The position numbers were made by a program, and so were the translations under genes. The notes below the pieces were generated by a model. The model saw only the letters and a list, made by a program, of their open reading frames with translations. It was not told the DNA's origin and searched no databases. Positions 1 to 8,674 of a stretch of 64,000 nt of DNA are shown piece after piece. Every line of letters starts with the position of its first letter. Positions within the stretch are counted from its first letter, which is position 1. The stretch is from Armatimonadota bacterium (GTDB lineage Bacteria; Armatimonadota; Zipacnadia; Zipacnadales; VGFC01). The stretch lies in NCBI GenBank assembly GCA_016869045.1, contig VGFC01000001.1, positions 34,518 through 98,517 on the forward strand. The letters run 5' to 3'.

Positions 1-256
1 GGCTCTCGATGGCGCCGCCCCAGCTGATCGGCGCCCCGACGAGCCGCAGGGAGAGCCTCCACCCCACAATGAGCAGCCCCTGGCAGGCCAGGCCCACGAT
101 GATCGATGCGACGAACAGCGGCGGATCGAGATGCCACTCGATGGCGACGATCTTCGGCCACAGTTCCACCACCGTGCGCCCGATGAAGTAGAAGACGAGC
201 GCGATGACCACGCACTGCAGCCCCAGCGTCAGCCACTTCAGCCTGGTCATCTTCAT
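1..256 (-). CDS. membrane protein, N-terminal fragment running off the window start (flippase-like / LPG-synthase TM-type, tentative)
   Basis: Reverse-strand ORF not in the track because it has no stop in-window. ATG AAG ATG at 256 has AGGA upstream. Translation MKMTRLKWLTLGLQCVVIALVFYFIGRTVVELW... is hydrophobic/TM-like. Confidence 0.4.
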   Translation of the reverse strand, partial: MKMTRLKWLTLGLQCVVIALVFYFIGRTVVELWPKIVAIEWHLDPPLFVASIIVGLACQGLLIVGWRLSLRLVGAPISWGGAIES

Positions 257-358
257 GTCGGCCCCGCCTGTCCTGCGAGGACGCCCGACGAGGAGAACGT
301 GCTCCGGACGGAGAAGGAGCACGGCGCTGCAGCGAGCGTCAATGACCCGGAGGCGTCT

Positions 359-1327
359 GTGGGCCTGGACATCAAGCGCATCGCGAACCCCGGGGAGGTT
401 CAGGACCTCGCAGCCATCCTGGTGGACTTGCTGAACGCCGGCTTGCCCGCCGCGCCCCACTACCGGCCGGTGTCGGTCGAGGAGCTGGTCCGCAGGGCGG
501 GCAACGACCCGCGCTTCTCAGAGCGGGCACTCCTCGTGGCCTACCAGGACGGCGAGCCGGTCGGATGGTGCCACGTCGAGCCGCCGACCGTCGCCCTGAC
601 GGGCGGCAACCTCTACCCCTACGTCGGTGCACATACGGTGTTCCAGCCCGGCCTCCCGCACGTGGCCGCCGGTGAGGGGTATTCGGCGGCGGCGAGCGGC
701 CTCCTCTACGCGGCGTGCCAGGTGCGCGCTCAGCAGGACGCCTCCGGTCTCGAGCTGTTCGCCCCTGCCGAGCACCCCGCCGAGGACGATCTGCGTCTCG
801 CGGGATTCCAGCCCGTGGACGCCTGGGCCACCTACATGGCCCCCCTTGCGGGAGCCAAGGCGGGGCGTGCCCCCGTGCATGTGTCCTCGGTCAAGCGCTC
901 GGAGGTGGAGCGCTTCCCGGCCATCCTGCGGGAGGCGGGGCTCCTGGCGGGGGAGTTCACCCCGGTGGACCTCACCGCCCTGATCGAGTCCGCGGGCGGC
1001 TTCGACCCGCAGGGCCTGCTTCTCGCCGAGGCCGCGGGCCGAGTGGTCGGCTATGCCGCCGTGATGATCGACGCGCCCTACGCCGCCGCGACGGGCCGCC
1101 GGCGCGCCTGGCTCGGATTCGGGCCCTTCGGGATGGGGGCGCTCCCGGGCCCCGAGCAACCCGAGCGCTCCGCAACGCTCGTAAGCGCCGCCCGCATCTC
1201 GGCCTTCTGCCGCGGGGCCACGGAACTGGCCTTCGTGGCGGCCGCCGAGGGCCGTCAGCCCGGGCTCTGGGCCGAGCGCGGCTTCGAGGTCGAGGTGCGC
1301 TGGCAGCGCTGGCGCACCGACCTCTAG
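359..1327 (+). CDS. GNAT-family N-acetyltransferase with two tandem GNAT-like halves
   Basis: In frame with track ORF 131..1327. GTG at 359 is preceded by GGAGG at a 6-nt spacer. Motifs LLVAYQDGEPVGWCHVEP and RVVGYAAVMID...LWAERGFEV resemble the acetyl-CoA fold. Start is uncertain. Confidence 0.45.
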   Translation: MGLDIKRIANPGEVQDLAAILVDLLNAGLPAAPHYRPVSVEELVRRAGNDPRFSERALLVAYQDGEPVGWCHVEPPTVALTGGNLYPYVGAHTVFQPGLPHVAAGEGYSAAASGLLYAACQVRAQQDASGLELFAPAEHPAEDDLRLAGFQPVDAWATYMAPLAGAKAGRAPVHVSSVKRSEVERFPAILREAGLLAGEFTPVDLTALIESAGGFDPQGLLLAEAAGRVVGYAAVMIDAPYAAATGRRRAWLGFGPFGMGALPGPEQPERSATLVSAARISAFCRGATELAFVAAAEGRQPGLWAERGFEVEVRWQRWRTDL

Positions 1328-1453
1328 GCCCATAGGAGGACAGGCATTCTTGCCTGTCCACCGCTGTGACCGCCCTCACAGTGCGCCCCAGATTGACCCC
1401 TCCTGCGCAACCCGGGCGCGGCTGTCGGGTATACTCACTAGGGTAGTAGATGG

Positions 1454-2413
1454 ATGGCGGAGCGACAGGGGGCGAGGGGCGTGATCGGCGTAGCGCGGAC
1501 GACGAGCGTACCGGGGCGGGGCGCGGACCGCGCCTCGATCGGCGCCCTGATCGTCTACGCCGCCGTCGTGGCGGGCATCGTCGCCCTGCCCGTGGTTCGG
1601 CGCTTCTACATGCCTCCGTCTCCCCCCGGCAGGTCGTACGGGCTCTTCGGCCCTTACACCAGCGGACCCACGGCCGTCGATGAACTCGTTACTGCGCCGC
1701 AGTTCACGACCTCCCAGCCCGAGCGTTCCGCGCACATCTCCCGCACTTGGGAAGTGGTGGGCGGCATCGGCGCCAATGTCGTGACGGTGAACCCCAAGCC
1801 CGAGAACGTCAAGGTCGTCCTCGGGCTCGCGCAGGGCACCGTGCTCAGCCAGGGCCGGTTCGGCCGCGAGAGCTTCGGCTCCATGGTCCGCCGCTTCAAG
1901 CCCCGCGTCGCGATCAACGGGACCTACTTCAACCTCCGGACGAGCGCCCCCGTCGGCGCGCTGGTGATGGAGGGCCGGCTGATCTATGACGGGTTGTCCA
2001 GCGCGGTGCTGACCGTCGGCGAGAATGGCCAGGTCCGCATCGAGTACCACCGCAGCAAGTTCGGCCGCGACTTCCGCTGGGCCGGCACCATCCGCACGGC
2101 CATCGGCGCCGGACCGATGCTCTTGCGTAACGGCAGGATTGCGCTGACCCCCTATGACGAGGGGTTCGGCGACCCCTCCATCTTCGCCCTCGCCCGGCGC
2201 AGCGCCGTCGGGGTGAACGCCCAGGGCAAGCTACTCCTGGTCACGGTGCACACTCCCGTGACCCTCAACAAGCTGGCCTACATCATGCTGCGCCTCGGCT
2301 CCGTGGACGCGATGGCGCTCGACGGCGGCACCTCCAGCGCCCTGTACTCGAATGGCGAGTACATCACCAAGCCCGGCCGCGCCCTCACCAACCTCATCCT
2401 CGTCTACGACTGA
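1454..2413 (+). CDS. phosphodiester glycosidase family protein (NAGPA/DUF2233-like), membrane-anchored
   Basis: Track ORF with N-terminal TM (ASIGALIVYAAVVAGIVALPVV). The C-terminal ALDGGTSSALYSNGEYITKPGR block is typical of this family. A palindromic terminator follows. Confidence 0.6.
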   Translation: MAERQGARGVIGVARTTSVPGRGADRASIGALIVYAAVVAGIVALPVVRRFYMPPSPPGRSYGLFGPYTSGPTAVDELVTAPQFTTSQPERSAHISRTWEVVGGIGANVVTVNPKPENVKVVLGLAQGTVLSQGRFGRESFGSMVRRFKPRVAINGTYFNLRTSAPVGALVMEGRLIYDGLSSAVLTVGENGQVRIEYHRSKFGRDFRWAGTIRTAIGAGPMLLRNGRIALTPYDEGFGDPSIFALARRSAVGVNAQGKLLLVTVHTPVTLNKLAYIMLRLGSVDAMALDGGTSSALYSNGEYITKPGRALTNLILVYD

Positions 2414-2530
2414 CTCCCCGGCAGGTGATGGCGTGTCGGGTTTGGAAACCCGACCCACGGTGGCCGCAGCCATTGGGACGTCGAGCCCGCTGCTGAGTCT
2501 CGTGTATCTTGGGGAACAAGGAGCGAATTC

Positions 2531-2588
2531 GTGGGGCGGGCATTCTTGCCCGCCAATGGCCCGTGGCGGGCAAGAATGCCCGCCCCAC
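2531..2588. terminator. 58-bp perfect palindrome (24-bp arms) downstream of the phosphodiester glycosidase gene
   Basis: gtggggcgggcattcttgcccgcc-aatggcccgt-ggcgggcaagaatgcccgccccac. It shares a GGCATTCTTGCC core with the hairpin at 1339-1362. Confidence 0.6.
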
Positions 2589-2660
2589 GAGTTTCCCTAC
2601 TTACACGAGACTCAATAACTGGCCAACTTGTGAACTCGCCAACTCGCCTCACCCTCGGAG

Positions 2661-3671
2661 GTGTTCGACGTGAAAGACCTTGGCATCTGCGTTCTTGGCG
2701 CCGGCGACATGGGCAACGCCCACTTGACTGCCTGGGCGAAGGTCCCGGCGGTCCGCCTGGTGGCGGTCGCCGATGTTGACGAGTCCCGCGCGCAGGCGGC
2801 GGGCGAGAAGCACTCGGTCGCGGGCTGGTTCACGGACATCCGCGAAGCCATCGCGCAGGATGGGATCGACGTCGTGTCCGTGTGCCTGCCGACGTGCTTC
2901 CATCGCGAGGCGACCGAGGCGGCCCTGCGCGCGGGCAAGGATGTCCTCTGCGAGAAGCCGATCGCGCTCAGCGTCGCCGACGCGCAGGCCATGATCGCCT
3001 GCCGCGATGAGACGGGCCGCAAGCTCGGCATCGCCTTCTGCAAGCGCCATCTGGGACAGCTCGCCAAGCTGCGGGAACTCCTCGCCGAGGGCGCGCTCGG
3101 CCGGCCCGTGATGTACCGCATGACCGGGGGCATGGAGATCCGCTTCAAGCCCTGGATCATGGCCCGTGACGGCGGCGGTGGGCCGATCATCGACCTGTGC
3201 TGCCATTACTTCGACCAGTGGCGCTGGGTCTTCGACGCCGAGCCGGTCCGCGTGATGGCGATGGGGATGACCTTCGCGCAGGGCGCCGCGGAGCTGCCGG
3301 GCGTTGATGTGCAGACCGATACTGCCACGTTGTGTGTCGAGTACTCCTCCGGCGATGTCGGCGTCATCTCCCTCTCCTGGGGCCTGCCGCGGGGTACGAG
3401 TGCCCCCGGCCCGGAGCAGGTCCTCGGGCCTCTTGGAGTCGTCGCGATTGAGGGCTTCAGGAACCTCAAGCTGACGCGCAAGGGCGGCGAGGAGCGGACC
3501 TTCGGGGACTTCGACGCCGACCTCTACGGCCTCCAGGCCTGCGCCTTCGCCCAGGCGGTGCGCGAAGACCGGCCCCCTACAACCGGCGCCGAGGACGGCC
3601 TCTCGGCGCTGAAGGTCTCCCTCGCCGTCCTGGAGTCGATCGAGGCCCGTCGCGCGGTCGAGATTGCGTGA
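2661..3671 (+). CDS. Gfo/Idh/MocA family NAD(P)-dependent oxidoreductase
   Basis: GTG start with GGAG upstream. N-terminal Rossmann motif ICVLGAGDMGNAHL, plus EKPIALSVADAQAM. A strong hairpin follows at 3675-3740. Confidence 0.75.
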   Translation: MFDVKDLGICVLGAGDMGNAHLTAWAKVPAVRLVAVADVDESRAQAAGEKHSVAGWFTDIREAIAQDGIDVVSVCLPTCFHREATEAALRAGKDVLCEKPIALSVADAQAMIACRDETGRKLGIAFCKRHLGQLAKLRELLAEGALGRPVMYRMTGGMEIRFKPWIMARDGGGGPIIDLCCHYFDQWRWVFDAEPVRVMAMGMTFAQGAAELPGVDVQTDTATLCVEYSSGDVGVISLSWGLPRGTSAPGPEQVLGPLGVVAIEGFRNLKLTRKGGEERTFGDFDADLYGLQACAFAQAVREDRPPTTGAEDGLSALKVSLAVLESIEARRAVEIA

Positions 3672-3674
3672 CCG

Positions 3675-3740
3675 GGGGAATTCGGGGACATGACCCAATT
3701 CGCGTCGTTGGCGAATTGGGATCGTGTCCCCGAATTCCCC
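3675..3740. terminator. long hairpin downstream of the oxidoreductase gene
   Basis: gggggaattcggggacatgacccaattcgc / gcgaattgggatcgtgtccccgaattcccc (30-bp arms, two mismatches). Confidence 0.55.
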
Positions 3741-3821
3741 ACCTCGCACAAGGGAACCCTCGGCCCGTGCCTGCGTTGCCTTACGTTGAGCGTCGCACAC
3801 ACTCGCCGGTGAGGTACCCCT

Positions 3822-6173
3822 TTGCGCATCGTCCTTAGCCTCGCTCTGGTCGCCGTTGTCCCCGCCGTCTGCGGCGCGGCCCCCTCCACCATCGTCCGCT
3901 TCGACTTCGAGGAGCCGACAACCGACTGGTTTGTCTCGGAGAACGACCCGAACACCTCCGGCGTCGCCGTCGTCCCGATGGCGGCTCCGAGCGGCCAGCA
4001 GGCGCTCGGGCTGACCGGCACCTTCCCGGGGTCGCTCGGCGTCAGTTACACCCCCTGGCAGGACTGGCGGCCATTCACCACGCTGAAAGTGTGGGTTCAG
4101 GTTCCCAAGGGCGCGCCCAAGGACATCGGAATCTACGCCTACCTCAAGGACCGCCAGTACCTCTGGTACCAGACCGGCCTCTTCCGCGATCCCGCGACTG
4201 ACAAGCCAACTCAGCCCCTCAAGCCCGGCGTGTGGATGTCCACCACCGTCGATCTGTCGCCCGGGTCCAAGGCCTGGAAGGCTGGCGGGCACGAGAAGTC
4301 CTGGTACCGTACCCTCTTCTACCCCCGCGAGTTTGGGATCCGCTTCTTCTCCAAGACCGCCTGGCAGGGCACCGTCTACATCGACGACATCTGCCTGATC
4401 GCTCCCGGAACGCCTCCCAAGCCGCCTACGCTTGCCGCGCTGAAGCCCACGGCCAGCGCGCAGAGCGTGGCGGTGAATGAGAAGCTCGAACTGACCTTCC
4501 CGGTGGACCGGGAGTATGACAACGTCTTCAACCCGCACGAAGTGGACGTGATGGGCCACTTCCGCAGACCCTCCGGCGCCCAGATGGAGGTGCCCGGCTT
4601 CTTCTATCAGGACTATCGGCGCACCCAGGATGAGAAGGGTTTCGAGAAGTTGATCCCCGTCGGCGCGCCAACGTGGAAGGTGCGCTTCGCGGCCGTCGAA
4701 CCCGGCAAGCACGAGTACTACGTCACGCTGAAGGACAATCGTGGCGAGGCGCGGTCACCCGCCGCGACCTTCACGGCCACACCCTCCGCCGACCCGCGGG
4801 GGCGCGTGCGCGTGAGCAAGCAGGACCCACGCTACTTCGAGTTCGAGGATGGCAGCTTCTTCTACCCGCAGGGCATCAACATGCGGGACGGCGGCAACCA
4901 GGCGGCGCAGCAGAAGGGCACCTACGACTTCGACACGTTCTTCCCGGCCTTTCAACAGGCGGGCCTGCAGTATGTACGGACGTGGATGTGCGCCTGGTGG
5001 GCGGGCATCGAGTGGACGGACAAGTACGACTCTCGCTACGACAACCTTGGCCGCTACTGCATGTACAACGCCTGGCGGATGGACCACGCGCTCGACCTGG
5101 CCGAACAGGACGACCTGTTCATCGAGCTGACCCTGAACTCCCACGGTCAGCTTCGCCGCGACAAGTTCGATGCCGAGTGGGAGTACAACCCCTACGCGGC
5201 GGCCAACGGCGGTCCGTGTGCAACGCCGTCGCTGATCTGGACCAATCCGACCGCCAAGGAGATGTTCCGGCGCCGGTACCGCTACATCGTCGCGCGTTGG
5301 GGTTACAGTCAACACATCATGTCATGGGACTTGTGGAACGAGATTGACCTGATCGATGCGTACGGGCAGCTCAGTCCCGACGTCGCCGCGTGGCATGCCG
5401 AGATGTCGAAGTACCTGCGCGACATCGACCCCTGGGAGCGCCTGATCACTACACACTACTGCTTGCACTTCATGTGGGATGCGGGCCGGTCCCTCTGGGC
5501 GGTGCCGGACATCGACTACCTGCAGGCCGACGCCTACTGGCCCCAGAAGGAGATCGGCGACGACGTCAGCCGCGCCTACGGGTTGCGGGCGGACATCGCC
5601 AAGCCCTACATGCTGATCGAGTTCGGGCCCCAGACGTCGCAGATCCCCAGCCTCAGCCGCAGCCAGATCGAGGGCTACTTCCGCATCGGCCTGTGGACGA
5701 GCGCAGTCACGCCGATGGCCGCCCCTGCCCACTTCTGGTACAACGACATCTGGCTGCGCGACAGCTACGCGCACCACCATGCGACACTCGCGAAGTTCCT
5801 GGGCAACGAGGACCGGCGCGGTGAGGGTTGGACGTGGATCAACCCCGACCCCAAGCAGAACGCCGCTGCGCCCACTACCTCGCCGCCCGAGCTGTTCGTT
5901 CACGCGATGAAGTCGCCGAAAGCCACGTACTTCTACGTGCTCAATCTCGACCGCATGCTCGCGGGGGAGGTCGGCCGCAAGCTTCCGCCCATTCAGGGCG
6001 CGGCCGTCAGCTTCCAGGGCCTCCCGGACGGCCAGTACGAGGTCGAGTTCTGGGACCCCTACGTGGGCGAGATCGTGGCGACCGCCATTGTCGCGGTCCA
6101 AGGCGGCCGCATCCAGGTCCCCCTCCCCGACTTCCTCTCCGACCTCGCCTGCAAGCTGCGCCTCACCGCCTAG
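3822..6173 (+). CDS. secreted glycoside hydrolase, clan GH-A (GH5-like catalytic domain after an N-terminal beta-sandwich domain)
   Basis: TTG start with GGTGAGG upstream. Signal peptide MRIVLSLALVAVVPAVCGAAP. The WDLWNEIDL motif (NE acid/base) is characteristic of GH5-type TIM-barrel hydrolases. Confidence 0.55.
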   Translation: MRIVLSLALVAVVPAVCGAAPSTIVRFDFEEPTTDWFVSENDPNTSGVAVVPMAAPSGQQALGLTGTFPGSLGVSYTPWQDWRPFTTLKVWVQVPKGAPKDIGIYAYLKDRQYLWYQTGLFRDPATDKPTQPLKPGVWMSTTVDLSPGSKAWKAGGHEKSWYRTLFYPREFGIRFFSKTAWQGTVYIDDICLIAPGTPPKPPTLAALKPTASAQSVAVNEKLELTFPVDREYDNVFNPHEVDVMGHFRRPSGAQMEVPGFFYQDYRRTQDEKGFEKLIPVGAPTWKVRFAAVEPGKHEYYVTLKDNRGEARSPAATFTATPSADPRGRVRVSKQDPRYFEFEDGSFFYPQGINMRDGGNQAAQQKGTYDFDTFFPAFQQAGLQYVRTWMCAWWAGIEWTDKYDSRYDNLGRYCMYNAWRMDHALDLAEQDDLFIELTLNSHGQLRRDKFDAEWEYNPYAAANGGPCATPSLIWTNPTAKEMFRRRYRYIVARWGYSQHIMSWDLWNEIDLIDAYGQLSPDVAAWHAEMSKYLRDIDPWERLITTHYCLHFMWDAGRSLWAVPDIDYLQADAYWPQKEIGDDVSRAYGLRADIAKPYMLIEFGPQTSQIPSLSRSQIEGYFRIGLWTSAVTPMAAPAHFWYNDIWLRDSYAHHHATLAKFLGNEDRRGEGWTWINPDPKQNAAAPTTSPPELFVHAMKSPKATYFYVLNLDRMLAGEVGRKLPPIQGAAVSFQGLPDGQYEVEFWDPYVGEIVATAIVAVQGGRIQVPLPDFLSDLACKLRLTA

Positions 6174-6243
6174 CGAGCCGTTGCCGTGCCGTCCGCCGTT
6201 CTCCTGACTCCTGACTCCTGGCTCCTGACTCCCGCCGTCCTTT

Positions 6244-6252
6244 GTGCTATAA
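6244..6252 (+). promoter_or_regulatory. extended -10 promoter element (TGcTATAAT) upstream of rodA
   Basis: Sequence tgctataat lies about 33 nt upstream of the rodA GTG start. No clean -35 box seen. Confidence 0.35.
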
Positions 6253-6284
6253 TCCCCGGCGAGACAACTGTGGAGGCGCGGATC

Positions 6285-7397
6285 GTGTTTTCTTCGCGGT
6301 ACTTCCGGCGGGCCGACTTCGTGCTGCTCGGCGCGGCGTTGGCGCTGGTGGCGATCGGCTGCCTGATGATCTTCAGCTGCACCCGCACGGGGCTCGGCGG
6401 CAGCACAACCGCACAGTGGGCTCAGGTGAAGATGCAGCTGATCTGGGTTGCGCTGGGGCTCATCGTCTTGTTGGTCACGATGGGCTTCGACTACACGCGA
6501 CTGACCAGCCTGCACCTACCCCTGTACGCGGGGGCCCTGCTGCTGCTGGCGGTCGTCCTGCTCATGCCGGCGGTGCGGGGCGTGCACCGCTGGATCATTC
6601 TCGGGCCGCTCCGTCTGCAGCCGTCGGAACTGGCGCAGATCGCGCTGCTCGTTACGGTCGCTTGCGTCGCCAGCGCCCGCGAGCAGGTCCACGACTTCCT
6701 GGCCGTCAGCAAGACGTTCCTGTGGCTTGTCCCGGCCATCGGGTTGATCCTCAAGCAGCCCGACCTGGGCACCCCGATCGTAATCCTCGCCACCTGGTTC
6801 GTCGTCATGCTCTTCGCCGGCGCCCGCTGGAGCCATCTGGGCGGCTATGTGGCGGCCCTCCTGCTGCTCTTCTCGGCCGCCTGGTTCTCGGGCGCCATCA
6901 AGGACTACCAGAAGGAGCGCCTGCTGGTCTTCCTGCATCCCGAAAGAGACCCGATGGGTGACGGCTACCAGCCCATGAACGCCTTGACCGCGGTCGGCAA
7001 CGGGGGCTTCTTCGGGCGCGGGTTGTTCAAGGGGCCCCAGACCGGCGGCAACTTCGTTCCGGACCAACACACTGACTTCATCTTCACCGCCGTTGCTGAG
7101 GAGTTCGGCTTCGTCGGTGCGATGGTCGTGCTCGTGCTGTTCGGCGTGCTTCTCTGGAGATGTACCGTGGCCATCATCGAGGCCAAGGACCCGCTCGGCC
7201 GCCTGATCGCTGCGGGAGTCACTGCGGTAATCGGTCTCCATGTCGTCGTGAACATCGCGATGACGGTGAGCCTCGCGCCGGTCAAAGGCATGCCCCTGCC
7301 CCTTGTGAGTTACGGAGGGAGCAGCATGTTGGCGACGATGCTCGCGATCGGCCTGGTCGAGAACGTCTACATGCGCCGCCACAAGATCGCCTTCTGA
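6285..7397 (+). CDS. rodA: SEDS-family peptidoglycan glycosyltransferase RodA/FtsW
   Basis: GTG at 6285 with GGAGG 8 nt upstream, downstream of a TGcTATAAT box. Polytopic membrane protein. Conserved C-terminal block GMPLPLVSYGGSSMLATMLAIGLVENVYMRR. Confidence 0.8.
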   Translation: MFSSRYFRRADFVLLGAALALVAIGCLMIFSCTRTGLGGSTTAQWAQVKMQLIWVALGLIVLLVTMGFDYTRLTSLHLPLYAGALLLLAVVLLMPAVRGVHRWIILGPLRLQPSELAQIALLVTVACVASAREQVHDFLAVSKTFLWLVPAIGLILKQPDLGTPIVILATWFVVMLFAGARWSHLGGYVAALLLLFSAAWFSGAIKDYQKERLLVFLHPERDPMGDGYQPMNALTAVGNGGFFGRGLFKGPQTGGNFVPDQHTDFIFTAVAEEFGFVGAMVVLVLFGVLLWRCTVAIIEAKDPLGRLIAAGVTAVIGLHVVVNIAMTVSLAPVKGMPLPLVSYGGSSMLATMLAIGLVENVYMRRHKIAF

Positions 7398-7412
7398 GGT
7401 CGTTGTCGTCCC

Positions 7413-7607
7413 CCTGGGAGCGCGGGCTTCCAGCCGGCTGCTGTGGCAAGGCGACGTTGCCTTGCCGTTGCCGTCCACCTGGGAGCGCGGGCTTCCAGCC
7501 GGCTGCTGTGGCAAGTGGACGTTGCCTTGCCGTTGCCGTCCACCTGGGAGCGCAGGCTTCCAGCCGGCTGCTGTGGCAAGGCGACGTTGCCTTGCCGTTG
7601 CCGTTCA
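7413..7607. repeat. 3 x 65-bp perfect/near-perfect tandem repeat, each unit containing a GGCAAGGC-N6-GCCTTGCC hairpin
   Basis: Unit cctgggagcgcgggcttccagccggctgctgtggcaaggcgacgttgccttgccgttgccgtcca repeats 3 times with 2-3 substitutions. It lies between rodA and the next gene. Confidence 0.9.
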
Positions 7608-7631
7608 GCGATCAATGCAGAGCTTCGAGAG

Positions 7632-8573
7632 ATGACCGACAAACCCACGAAAACCACGGTGATCGGCTGGCAGGGCTGCACGATCACCGTGCCTGAGGAC
7701 TGGACGATCGGCGCCATCGGCGGTGATCACACTGAGGGCTACCTCCGCATCGACGGGCCGGACATGCCCCGCGTCGAAGTGAAGTTCTTCGAGCGCAAGG
7801 GGCCCGTGTCGATCGAGGAGGTCGTCGGCAGCTACCTGCGGGAGATGCAGAAGAAGCGGCGTCGCCGGGATCCCGAGGTGAAGACGAAGCGCGACACCCG
7901 CCTCTTGGGCCGGCGCCGGGGCGGGCGCGCGCAGTTGGAGACGTTCCACTGGACCGATGGCGAGCGGCAGGCGCACGGCGCGGCGTGGCAGTGCGCGCAC
8001 TGCGAGCGCACCGCCATCGTGCAGGTGCTCGGCCCGGAGGGCAAGCCGTTGGAGGACCTCGCGCGGGAGCTGATCCTCTCGGTCTCGGACCACCCCCAGG
8101 ACGGCTGGGTGACGTGGGCGACCTACGGCCTGCAGTGCGAGGTGCCCGAGGAGTTCCGGCTGGACGGGCAGAAGCTGATGGCGGGGCTGCTGGACCTCAG
8201 CTTCAAGCTGGAGACCGAGTCCATCAGCATCATGCGGTGGGGGATGGCGGATGTCGCGCTCGGCGACAAGGACCTGAAGACCTGGGCGCAGAAGGAGCTG
8301 GCCGGCCGGCTGAAGGGCTGGGACTGCACCTACGAGGAGCTGGAGTTCAACGGCCATCCCGCCATCGCCGTCTCGGGGGAGCCGAGCGGAATGCAGGCGC
8401 GGGTGCGGCGCTTCGTCCTGCACTGCATGCGCAAGCCCTACGGCAGCAACGTGCGCGTGTTGCTCTGGCACTGCCAGCCGGACAAGAAGCTGTTCTGCGT
8501 TCAGTGCATCGTGGATGACAGCCGGCTGGAACTGCCGGCCGAAGTCTGTCGCCGTCTGGTCTGCCACACCTAA
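7632..8573 (+). CDS. hypothetical protein (Cys-rich, no recognised domain)
   Basis: ATG at 7632 is in frame with track ORF 7443..8573. Upstream part of the track ORF is the tandem repeat. Product MTDKPTKTTVIGWQGC... Confidence 0.5.
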   Translation: MTDKPTKTTVIGWQGCTITVPEDWTIGAIGGDHTEGYLRIDGPDMPRVEVKFFERKGPVSIEEVVGSYLREMQKKRRRRDPEVKTKRDTRLLGRRRGGRAQLETFHWTDGERQAHGAAWQCAHCERTAIVQVLGPEGKPLEDLARELILSVSDHPQDGWVTWATYGLQCEVPEEFRLDGQKLMAGLLDLSFKLETESISIMRWGMADVALGDKDLKTWAQKELAGRLKGWDCTYEELEFNGHPAIAVSGEPSGMQARVRRFVLHCMRKPYGSNVRVLLWHCQPDKKLFCVQCIVDDSRLELPAEVCRRLVCHT

Positions 8574-8588
8574 CCGCCGACTCACCAT

Positions 8589-8640
8589 GTAGGGGCGCGA
8601 TTCATCGCGCCCATGTGTAGGGGCGCCATTCATGGCGCCC
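8589..8640 (+). repeat. REP-like doublet (GTAGGGGCGCGATTCATCGCGCCC + GTAGGGGCGCCATTCATGGCGCCC)
   Basis: Two 24-nt GTAG-initiated palindromic units in direct orientation, 8589-8612 and 8617-8640. The C/G swap between units is compensatory and keeps the hairpin. Confidence 0.9.
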
Positions 8641-8674
8641 GCGCCGTGCCTTCCGCACCCATGGTCCGTCACCC

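Noticed and set aside
518-1333. Long reverse-strand ORF (271 aa) overlapping the GNAT gene. Similar long antisense ORFs occur at 2649..4712, 5322..6515, 6516..7514, 8681..10549, 12954..14624, 26965..30012, 39762..42341(+), 47826..49979 and others.
   Set aside because: Arg/Pro/Gly-rich, low-complexity translations typical of shadow frames in 68% GC DNA. Each lies opposite a gene with clear family motifs.
7413-7607. Possible CRISPR array
   Set aside because: Repeats are contiguous 65-mers with no intervening unique spacers, and no cas genes are nearby.
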